DNA of 26,078 nt, from IMG/VR virus record IMGVR_UViG_3300042314_000240, positions 1-26,078 of that record; one strand, written 5' to 3'. Below the pieces are notes generated by a model. That model saw only the letters and a list, made by a program, of their open reading frames with translations. It was not told the DNA's origin and searched no databases. How positions within the stretch are numbered: position 1 is the stretch's first letter; every line of letters starts with the position of its first letter. This document shows positions 7,996 through 16,035 of the stretch, piece after piece. A program made the translations under genes and the position numbers. Source of the DNA: a virus (Duplodnaviria; Caudoviricetes).

Positions 7996-10299
7996 ATGCC
8001 ATATTTATCATTAGCGGACGCAAGGTCAAAAGTCACGAATCCCCTTATCGACAACGATTCGGTGATTCTTTATGGAGCAAATTCATCGTTAGACACATCG
8101 AATACTTTTTACACTAATTCGGCAAAAACGGTTTTGGCACCGGCCGATAATTACGTTGTCGCAACTAATTACAAAACTTATTACATTACGATTGGGTCAA
8201 ATGGGAAAATGACCGGCCCGCCGACTGAATTGATGCAAGGGACCGACACATCATGGGTCGAGGACCGTTTGAAAGATGGCGACACGAATCTTGTGTCGAA
8301 TCAATTAGGAATTGGGGGAACGTCTTTGTCATTAGATTCTAATTTATTATTGACTGACGCGGTTTGGGCATCAAGACCATACAACGGGCCAAAGGCTTGG
8401 ATTATTGACACGGGTGAAATATCAGGGTCGGCAATTACAAACATTGATGTTTCGGCGATGAGAGGTTACGACCTTAGATTAATTACGGGTGAATATGTAA
8501 ATGGAAAATTTGTCGCAGGCGATGCGGGTGTAAATACAACGTCGGCAATTATACATTTAGCACCGGACCCAAATCGCGTTGATGTCGCAGGAAATAAAAG
8601 GTATTTTTTCCGTCCCGATTATTGGATTCCATCACGTACATTTAATGCGCCATCTTATTTCCGCAGAATGCCGAATATTGAACCAATAATTGATGCGGGA
8701 GGCAATGAAAAAACTTGGGTAGATATGGCGACCCCATTGATGGACGTTGTTGAAAGGGGTTCACATAGTCCGAGAACCATGAAGCGAATGAATAAGGGTG
8801 TGACAGAATCGCAATCTATTGGAACTCAATGGAATTATACGCAAGTGATTCCAAGAGAAAAAAAATTACATTTTGACGGAGACGGAGCGTTTAGGAATTC
8901 AGTTTCTACGGCATGGGGTGTAAATTTTTTCGATGTTGATATGTCTAGTTTTTGGCAACATCGCACCGTTGCATTGTTAATTGCGCACGACGTTCCGGAA
9001 TCACAAAGGTCAACATGGCAATACAACGGTGGAGGTTACACATATTCGTATTATGAGGCTAACCCGTACGAATGGACGACGGCATGGGGTTCCGGTTCGC
9101 AATACACCGACAAAGGTTTAGCGTCTCAATTTCTTGGATATTTTGTTGAAAATCAACCATTTAATGCAATACATTTTGAATATGATTTTGAACATTTATC
9201 ATACGCATTATTCCGTGAAGACGCGGCAATTGCTTGGACAAAATGTTTTAATTCAGCACTAACGGTTGCGACAAATTTAAAAAATGATAATACACCTTTA
9301 TACATGAATTGGGTCGTTCCCAAATTTTCAAATTACGGAAACGGAATATATCAATCACGATATGTTGGCGCGCCGGGATTTGGATGGGAAAGCATGGAAG
9401 CGGGGAATAGCATAACCGGAACCGGCTTATATTCCGATTATCACGATTATTATATTAACGGAACCAAAACTTATCAACAATGTGGGCTTTATTATCCTTG
9501 GTTTAAGGGGGCGATTCAACATTACAAATATATGTATGTAACGAATTACCAATTTAAAATGAAAGACCAATTTCAGGTTTATTCAATAGTTCACAATACC
9601 GACATTACGCGAAAAATGTTGTTTCAAATTTTAGGCGCAACGCATGATAAGCGTGTATTGCCATACATTTGGAATAAGCAGGAGCCAATTTTAGGGTCCG
9701 ATTTTGGTATGCAACGCAAGACCGTAAGATTAAACGGACAATTAAAATTTGGAGACCGTAACCGTTTGGAAGTATGCCCGTCTCAAATGTATAATTTTGC
9801 CGTTTGGGGAATGTGTTATTGTGACGGATTGTTTGCGTGGTTTCAATCTACAATTGGCGAAGAAGTTACCGATTGCAGATATGACCAAGACGTTAACGGA
9901 ATGGACGACGATTTCGCTGACGCCAAATGGGGCGACACAACGGGTGTCGGAAAAATGACACTTGATTGGCCTTATGTTGGATATTTTCACGCAAAGCAGA
10001 ATCAAGATATTTTAAGCGCAAACACATCGTGGTTGGTTCCAAATCTTTCATTAGGTAGTGGTTCATGGACATCGGGGACCGCAGATTATCCGGTGAGTTT
10101 ATACAACCAACAACGACCAATTGCGCGATACAAATTAAACGCGGCAGGGACCGAGGCATTAGTATTGATTTACAACGGATTTTCAAACGGGTACACAAAG
10201 AATACCTACACATTGAGATTGCCGGCGAAAAACAATTACGAATTTAGCGTTGACACATGGGGTAATTACACAACGGTTTTAAGACTTTCAAATTTATAA
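7996..10299 (+). CDS. Large aromatic-rich virion-associated protein (possible receptor-binding or glycan-active protein)
   Basis: About 767 aa from ATG 7996, W/Y/G-rich, lying between the hub and the tape measure; no family motif recognised. Confidence 0.4.
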   Translation: MPYLSLADARSKVTNPLIDNDSVILYGANSSLDTSNTFYTNSAKTVLAPADNYVVATNYKTYYITIGSNGKMTGPPTELMQGTDTSWVEDRLKDGDTNLVSNQLGIGGTSLSLDSNLLLTDAVWASRPYNGPKAWIIDTGEISGSAITNIDVSAMRGYDLRLITGEYVNGKFVAGDAGVNTTSAIIHLAPDPNRVDVAGNKRYFFRPDYWIPSRTFNAPSYFRRMPNIEPIIDAGGNEKTWVDMATPLMDVVERGSHSPRTMKRMNKGVTESQSIGTQWNYTQVIPREKKLHFDGDGAFRNSVSTAWGVNFFDVDMSSFWQHRTVALLIAHDVPESQRSTWQYNGGGYTYSYYEANPYEWTTAWGSGSQYTDKGLASQFLGYFVENQPFNAIHFEYDFEHLSYALFREDAAIAWTKCFNSALTVATNLKNDNTPLYMNWVVPKFSNYGNGIYQSRYVGAPGFGWESMEAGNSITGTGLYSDYHDYYINGTKTYQQCGLYYPWFKGAIQHYKYMYVTNYQFKMKDQFQVYSIVHNTDITRKMLFQILGATHDKRVLPYIWNKQEPILGSDFGMQRKTVRLNGQLKFGDRNRLEVCPSQMYNFAVWGMCYCDGLFAWFQSTIGEEVTDCRYDQDVNGMDDDFADAKWGDTTGVGKMTLDWPYVGYFHAKQNQDILSANTSWLVPNLSLGSGSWTSGTADYPVSLYNQQRPIARYKLNAAGTEALVLIYNGFSNGYTKNTYTLRLPAKNNYEFSVDTWGNYTTVLRLSNL

Positions 10300-10300
10300 A

Positions 10301-10456
10301 ATGATAAAAAACATTCTTGATTTATTAATGGCAAGTGACCATTACAATCAGAGCGAAAATATTGAAATTGCAAAAGGTCGGTTTGAGTTGCCGACCACAT
10401 TTAATCAGGCATTGACACAAATTAAAAGACGCGCGAAATGGCACAAAAGAAAATAG
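10301..10456 (+). CDS. Small hypothetical protein (51 aa), missing from the ORF track
   Basis: MIKNILDLLMASDHYNQSENIEIAKGRFELPTTFNQALTQIKRRAKWHKRK*; fills the gap after stop 10299 and overlaps the tape-measure start. Confidence 0.6.
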   Translation: MIKNILDLLMASDHYNQSENIEIAKGRFELPTTFNQALTQIKRRAKWHKRK

Positions 10457-12207
10457 TTGAAGTAGAAATTAAAGAGAATCTTGACAAGGTTGACAAGAAA
10501 ATTGACAACGTAGTTCAATCCCTTACCGAAGTAAAACAAACGGCGGATAAGGTCGGTGATTCGCTTAACAAGGTTGAAAAAGAGGTTAATGACATTTCGG
10601 TTGCAGGTGGCAAAGCGTCGGGTGCATTGAAAAGAATGGGGTCCGCAATTAGTGACATTGGCGGAAATATTAAAGGTATTGGATTGGGTGCGTTAATTTC
10701 TCAATTCGACGATTTTAAAGATGCGATTTCGGGTTCAAATAAGGTTGTTGATTTTTACAATCAATCATTAAATGTAACAAAGAAATTTGCGGCACAAGCC
10801 GGCGATGTTTTGTTTAGTGGTAAGTTTTTGGAAACTACCGGTAACGCAATAAAGGATTTAGTTTTAAATCCAAGTGAAACAATCGCCAAAGCAACGGTGG
10901 CAATAAAGCAAGCGGCAAAAGAGGGTGACGAGATTACAAAATTAAAAAATAATGCCATGTTTGCGGCAGTTGAACAACAAGGCATTTTTGAGAAATACGA
11001 CAAGCAAGCGGAAGAACAACGTTTAATTCGAGATAATGAATTTGTTAGTTTACCAAAACGAACCGAAGCCAATAGAAAATTAGCCGGTATATTAGCGATG
11101 CAAAAAACAGAAATGTTGGCGCAGGCAGATTTGCAAATTAAATACGCAGAGGCAGAGGCTAAAAATAGTAATAATCAATATGAAGACGATTTAAAATTAA
11201 GAGAGGCCAAAGTGAATCGTTTGGGAATTGAAGCCCAATTACAAGGATTTATCACGGAGCAAAGTCAAGCGGAGGCAGGTTTGCAACGTGAAAGACTTAC
11301 TTTTTTAAATTCAGAACAAAGATTTATTAATGAAAATTTTGCGGCAGAGGAGCAAGCGCAAGCCGCATTAATTAAAAATGATAAATTAAGGCTTGAGACA
11401 GAAATTAGAAATTTAGAATACATTCAAGACCGCGAAGGCGAGTATTTGGAGAAAATTAAAAATCAAGAATTTGCAAACACACAAGCGCGTTTAGACGCGG
11501 AAGACGCGTTTACAAAAAAAATGATTGAGGTCAAATTGCAATTAAAAGCAAAGGAGGACGAATTGATGACTTACAATTATCAAAGAGACCAAGAATTACG
11601 TCAAAATGTTATAAATAACGAATTAGAGGCATTTTCGACGCGATTATTTGCATTGCAAAAATTCAACGAAGAAGCGCAAGCGTCAACACAAATAAGCGAA
11701 GACGAAAAACGTAGAATTCAATTAGAAACTTTCCAACAAGAAAGGGTTTTACAAAACCAAAGATTGGCAATGATTTCGAATACGATGGGAAATATTTCAT
11801 CATTGTTTGACGCGGCATCAACCGAGGGAAAGGCATTTGCGGTCGCACAAGCGTTGATAAATACCTATCAAGGTATCACGGCAGAATTGGCAACAAAGAC
11901 GGCAACACCGTTTGAATTTGGCCTTAAATTGGCAAACGTAGCGGTGACGGCGGCAATGGGTTTCAAAGCGGTTAAAGACATCATTAGCGTTCAACCATCG
12001 ACAAGCGGTGGCGGAATGGAAATGTCCGGACCTAGTGGAGGCGCGGCCCCACAATTTAACGTTGTTGGCACAAGCGGAATAAACCAAATTGCGCAAACAA
12101 TAAACGCAAAAGACAACCAACCGATTAAGGCATTTGTAGTAGCAAGCGAAGTGACTAGCCAACAAAGTTTGGACCGCAATAAGGTTTCGTCAGCGTCACT
12201 AGGGTAA
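10438..12207 (+). CDS. Tape measure protein (putative)
   Basis: Long helical/coiled-coil A/E/Q/K-rich protein; C-terminal AVAQALINTYQG and PIKAFVVASEV motifs. Confidence 0.7.
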   Translation: MAQKKIVEVEIKENLDKVDKKIDNVVQSLTEVKQTADKVGDSLNKVEKEVNDISVAGGKASGALKRMGSAISDIGGNIKGIGLGALISQFDDFKDAISGSNKVVDFYNQSLNVTKKFAAQAGDVLFSGKFLETTGNAIKDLVLNPSETIAKATVAIKQAAKEGDEITKLKNNAMFAAVEQQGIFEKYDKQAEEQRLIRDNEFVSLPKRTEANRKLAGILAMQKTEMLAQADLQIKYAEAEAKNSNNQYEDDLKLREAKVNRLGIEAQLQGFITEQSQAEAGLQRERLTFLNSEQRFINENFAAEEQAQAALIKNDKLRLETEIRNLEYIQDREGEYLEKIKNQEFANTQARLDAEDAFTKKMIEVKLQLKAKEDELMTYNYQRDQELRQNVINNELEAFSTRLFALQKFNEEAQASTQISEDEKRRIQLETFQQERVLQNQRLAMISNTMGNISSLFDAASTEGKAFAVAQALINTYQGITAELATKTATPFEFGLKLANVAVTAAMGFKAVKDIISVQPSTSGGGMEMSGPSGGAAPQFNVVGTSGINQIAQTINAKDNQPIKAFVVASEVTSQQSLDRNKVSSASLG

Positions 12208-12213
12208 TGAATT

Positions 12214-12241
12214 TACAACAAAAAACAAAAATAACGTTTAT
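12214..12241 (+). promoter_or_regulatory. Putative late promoter, copy 2
   Basis: TACAACAAAAA-N11-GTTTAT, 5 nt before ATG 12247. Confidence 0.65.
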
Positions 12242-12246
12242 AGGAT

Positions 12247-12828
12247 ATGAGAATTGTTGAATTAGTATTGGACAACGAAAACGACGGAATCGAGGCGATT
12301 AGTCTTGTGGACCGTCCGGCCATTGAAAGCAATTTTATTGCATTGGCAAAAGAAGTCGAAATTAAATTTTCAGAGGTTGACGGAAAGCGCGGAATCCTTA
12401 TGGGTCCGGCATTAATTCCCAACAAAAACATTTACCGTAAATTTGGAAAGGACGAGTTTTACGTTTATTTCTCAAAAGAAACGGTCCGTAAGGCATCCGA
12501 ATTGTACTTGATGAACGGGAACCAAGGGAACGCAACGTTGCAACACAAGAACAAAATTGACGGCATCACATTGGTTGAATCTTGGATTATTGACGACCCT
12601 AAAATGGACAAGTCGGTGAAGTACGGATTTAGCGAAAACGAAGGAACATGGATGGTTTCTTTGAAGGTTGACAATGACGACATAAAATCAAAAATCATTT
12701 CGGGCGAAGTTAAAGGGTTTTCAATTGAAGGTTATTTTACTGACAAAATTGAAATGGGTTTGCAGGACATTAGCGACGAACAATTAGTTGAAGAAATTTT
12801 AAACATTTTAGAAGATGGCGAAGAATAA
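12247..12828 (+). CDS. Prohead protease (XkdF-like)
   Basis: LMGPALIP, TLQH, LVESW, GTWMVSLKV and VKGFSIEG motifs; upstream of the capsid gene. Confidence 0.75.
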   Translation: MRIVELVLDNENDGIEAISLVDRPAIESNFIALAKEVEIKFSEVDGKRGILMGPALIPNKNIYRKFGKDEFYVYFSKETVRKASELYLMNGNQGNATLQHKNKIDGITLVESWIIDDPKMDKSVKYGFSENEGTWMVSLKVDNDDIKSKIISGEVKGFSIEGYFTDKIEMGLQDISDEQLVEEILNILEDGEE

Positions 12829-13003
12829 AAATAGTTCACCCGTAGGTGGTAAGCGCGCGTGTCTTTGCAAGGACGGAACGTATAGTTCCGAGTGTTGCCA
12901 AGGCGAATTGATTAATCAAGGAATTGGGTCGTTAGAGGGCCAAGAGGTTAGAACGGTAATAAATACAAGCACATCAAGAACAATCGTAAACACGTCGAAT
13001 TAA
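12815..13003 (+). CDS. Small Cys-rich hypothetical protein
   Basis: RACLCKDGTYSSECCQG...QGIG; tightly packed in the head module. Confidence 0.6.
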   Translation: MAKNKNSSPVGGKRACLCKDGTYSSECCQGELINQGIGSLEGQEVRTVINTSTSRTIVNTSN

Positions 13004-13004
13004 T

Positions 13005-13418
13005 ATGTCAGTAGAAAGCAAAGTATTTGACCAATTGAACAAGGTTGAATTGAAGTCACAAAAAATCGAACTTGGTTTGTACGATGATTTGAAAATAAGT
13101 TTAAATTCTTTACAAAACCAAATATTTATTGACAAGGATGTTTACAATAAAAGCCTAAAAATAAGTTCAAATTTAGAATTGTTAAAAAAAGAGGCTAAGG
13201 AAAGATTTGATAATAATGAATCAATTATTCAATCGTCATTTAAAAAAATACAATTAGCCGAAAAGGATATGGCGAAAGCCGAAAGAATTGCCAAAGAATT
13301 AGGCGTAGAAGTAAACACATTCCCGAATTATAAAGAATTAGTTTCGGCAAGAATTGAGGCACAAGACAATATTAAAAAATTGTCATCTGTATCAATGCAA
13401 TTGAAATCATTAATTTAA
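13005..13418 (+). CDS. Hypothetical coiled-coil protein (possible internal head protein)
   Basis: 137 aa, K/E/L-rich, between the protease and the scaffold. Confidence 0.5.
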   Translation: MSVESKVFDQLNKVELKSQKIELGLYDDLKISLNSLQNQIFIDKDVYNKSLKISSNLELLKKEAKERFDNNESIIQSSFKKIQLAEKDMAKAERIAKELGVEVNTFPNYKELVSARIEAQDNIKKLSSVSMQLKSLI

Positions 13419-13428
13419 TAAGTAAGCA

Positions 13429-14031
13429 ATGAAATATAAAAACAAAAAAAACCAAGTAAAGGCCCTTTTGGGTTACCAAGTTAATTTGGCACAAATGAAA
13501 CTTGAAGACGGTATTACCGTAATCGAAGCGGAACAATTCGAGCCGGAATATTCGGTTGGAATCGTAACGGCTGACGGCCTTGTGGCTATGCCGGTAGGTG
13601 AATACGTTTTGGAAGACGGCAAGATTTTAGTCGTTGAAGTAGAAGGTATCATTAAAGAAGTAAAAGAAGCGGAGGCAGAAGCCGAAGTTGAAGTGGAGGT
13701 TGAGGCATCACCGGAAGAAGTTGTTGCACCTGAAATGGAGGCAGAGCCGGTAGCACCCGCACCACAAGCAAAAAGAATTGTTGAATCAGTATCGAAAGAA
13801 ACATTCTTTGAAGAAATCGAAAAGATTCGCGCTGAATTTTCGTCTCAAATCGAAGCATTGAAAGCGGTGAAAGTAGAATTAGAAGCGGCAAAATTAGAAT
13901 TAGAAGAAATGCCGGCGGCAGAGCCAATCGCGTACAATCCGGAAGCGGAATCAAAAAGCGCAATGATGAACTTTGCACAAAATCGTCCTGAAAGTATTCA
14001 AGACAAAGTATTCCAAAGAATGTTTAAATAA
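13429..14031 (+). CDS. Putative capsid scaffolding protein
   Basis: Very Glu-rich with PVGEYVLEDG and a coiled coil; immediately before the major capsid gene. Confidence 0.65.
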   Translation: MKYKNKKNQVKALLGYQVNLAQMKLEDGITVIEAEQFEPEYSVGIVTADGLVAMPVGEYVLEDGKILVVEVEGIIKEVKEAEAEAEVEVEVEASPEEVVAPEMEAEPVAPAPQAKRIVESVSKETFFEEIEKIRAEFSSQIEALKAVKVELEAAKLELEEMPAAEPIAYNPEAESKSAMMNFAQNRPESIQDKVFQRMFK

Positions 14032-14056
14032 TTAAAAAAAACTAAATTAAAGAAAA

Positions 14057-15010
14057 ATGCCAACTACAACATCAATTACCACATCTTACGCGGGTGAATA
14101 TGCAGGGAAAATCATTTCCGCAGCGTTATTATCCGCGCCAACACTTGACAAAGGCGGTGTAGAGATTATCCCTAACATTGCATTTAAGCAAGTAATGAAG
14201 CGTATCAACACGGATGACATCTTAAAAAATGGAACATGTGATTTTACGGCTACGTCTACAATCACTTTGGACGAGAAAGTTTTACAACCGGAAGAATTCC
14301 AAGTTAACTTGCAATTATGCAAGCGTGATTTCCAATCAGATTGGCAAGCAATCGAAATGGGATACTCTGCATTCAAATCAGTTCCTAAATCTTTTTCTGA
14401 TTATTTAATCGGTTATTTATCTGCAAAGGTTGCGGCTAAAATGGAAACAAACATTTGGTCAGGTGTTAACGCAAACGCAGGTGAATTCGACGGTTTTGCT
14501 ACATTGTTAGCGGCTGACGCATCTTTGCCGGCGGCTCAAGAGGTTGCAGGTACTACGGTAACGGCATCAAACGTGATTGCAGAATTAGGCAAATTGGTTG
14601 ACGCAATTCCGGCGGCACTTTACACAAAAGAAGACTTACACCTTTACGTTTCTCAAAACATCGCTCGCGCTTACGTTCGTGCGTTAGGTGGTTTCGGTGC
14701 ATCAGGTTTAGGCGCAAACGGTACAGAGGGACAAGGAACACAATGGTATTCAAACGGCGCATTGTCATTTGACGGTATCAAAATCTTTGTTGCTGACGGT
14801 TTAGCATCAAACAAAGCAATCGCGGCACAAAAATCTAACTTATTCTTTGGAACGTCTTTATTAAGCGACAAGCAAGAAGTTAAATTAATCGACTTGGCAG
14901 ACATCGACGGTTCACAAAATTTCCGTTATGTAATGCGTATGTTCGGAGGTGTTCAATACGGTTTCGCAGGTGATATCGCGACTTACGGTATTACAAATTC
15001 AGCAAACTAA
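14057..15010 (+). CDS. Major capsid protein
   Basis: 317 aa after protease and scaffold; A-rich start; followed by a terminator. Confidence 0.8.
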   Translation: MPTTTSITTSYAGEYAGKIISAALLSAPTLDKGGVEIIPNIAFKQVMKRINTDDILKNGTCDFTATSTITLDEKVLQPEEFQVNLQLCKRDFQSDWQAIEMGYSAFKSVPKSFSDYLIGYLSAKVAAKMETNIWSGVNANAGEFDGFATLLAADASLPAAQEVAGTTVTASNVIAELGKLVDAIPAALYTKEDLHLYVSQNIARAYVRALGGFGASGLGANGTEGQGTQWYSNGALSFDGIKIFVADGLASNKAIAAQKSNLFFGTSLLSDKQEVKLIDLADIDGSQNFRYVMRMFGGVQYGFAGDIATYGITNSAN

Positions 15011-15015
15011 TTTTC

Positions 15016-15047
15016 AAAGCCCCCATCAAATCGGTGGGGGTTTATTT
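15016..15047 (+). terminator. Rho-independent terminator
   Basis: aaagCCCCCATC-aaatc-GGTGGGGGtttattt. Confidence 0.75.
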
Positions 15048-15070
15048 CAAAATTTTAAATTTAAAACACT

Positions 15071-15598
15071 ATGGCTTGCGATATTTCATTGGGCAGATTA
15101 GAACCATGTAAGACGAGCAACGGGGGTTTAAAAGCAGTTTATTTTGTAAATAACGGTGATGCGACCGGAGTGACTTATGATGTCACAGATACGGACGCAA
15201 TTACGGCAGTTGCAGGAACCCCGACGGCTTACAAGTATGATTTGAAAGGAACGTCATCGTTCACCCAAACAATCACATCGTCCCGCGAAAATGGGACAAC
15301 ATTCTTTGACCAAACGCTTGCGTTAACGTTGAAGAAATTGACAATTAAGGACCACAAGCAAATCAAATTGTTGTCTTATGGCCGTCCACAAGTTGTCGTT
15401 GAAGACAATAATGGAAATTTATTCTATTGCGGTTTAGTTCACGGAATGGATGTGTCAGGTGGCACAATCGTAACGGGTGCGGCATTAGGTGACCTTTCGG
15501 GATACACTTTAGAGTTGAAAGGTCAAGAGCCGGTACCGGCAAACTTTATCATTTCATCTTTGACAACGGCCGGATTTACGGTAGTGACCGGAGTTTAA
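15071..15598 (+). CDS. Major tail tube protein (putative)
   Basis: 175 aa T/G-rich beta protein (SRENGTTFF, DLSGYTLEL); flanked by terminators. Confidence 0.65.
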   Translation: MACDISLGRLEPCKTSNGGLKAVYFVNNGDATGVTYDVTDTDAITAVAGTPTAYKYDLKGTSSFTQTITSSRENGTTFFDQTLALTLKKLTIKDHKQIKLLSYGRPQVVVEDNNGNLFYCGLVHGMDVSGGTIVTGAALGDLSGYTLELKGQEPVPANFIISSLTTAGFTVVTGV

Positions 15599-15617
15599 TC
15601 AAAAGTTTGATATTGAT

Positions 15618-15651
15618 ACGAAATGGGGGCAGATGTCCCCTTTTTCGTTTT
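15618..15651 (+). terminator. Rho-independent terminator
   Basis: acgaaatGGGGGC-agat-GTCCCCtttttcgtttt. Confidence 0.7.
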
Positions 15652-15679
15652 ACAACAAAAACGGTCATTTGGTGTTTAT
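15651..15679 (+). promoter_or_regulatory. Putative late promoter, copy 3
   Basis: TACAACAAAAA-N12-GTTTAT, 5 nt before ATG 15685 and directly after a terminator. Confidence 0.65.
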
Positions 15680-15684
15680 GTAAT

Positions 15685-16035
15685 ATGATTATTCTCAAAG
15701 AATCGACATCCTTACAAGAGATTAAATTTGTTCCGGCACGTTTGGACCAAGCCAATTGGTGTTTTGTGAAAAACGAGACAACGGGCGAAGAAGTAAGTTT
15801 CCAAATTAATTGCAAAAAGGAAGGTATTTTTGCAAAGTTTAAAAATGTATTCGCATTAAAAGAGGGTCATTTTTATACGATTGAAATTAAGTTTTACGGA
15901 GTGATTAACAATAAAAGAGGCTATCATTTGGTAAATAGAATGAAAGCATTTTGCACAAACCAAGTGATTAAAGACTATTCGGTTAATAAAGACGAATACG
16001 TTAGTAAAGACACAAACATAATTTTCTATGAATAA
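15685..16035 (+). CDS. Hypothetical virion protein
   Basis: Start moved to ATG 15685 (MIILKES) because the track's start runs through the terminator; LKEGHFY motif. Confidence 0.55.
   Translation: MIILKESTSLQEIKFVPARLDQANWCFVKNETTGEEVSFQINCKKEGIFAKFKNVFALKEGHFYTIEIKFYGVINNKRGYHLVNRMKAFCTNQVIKDYSVNKDEYVSKDTNIIFYE

Noticed and set aside
15607-15684. N-terminal extension of the ORF ending at 16035
   Set aside because: Runs through a terminator and the promoter motif; ATG 15685 fits the motif spacing.
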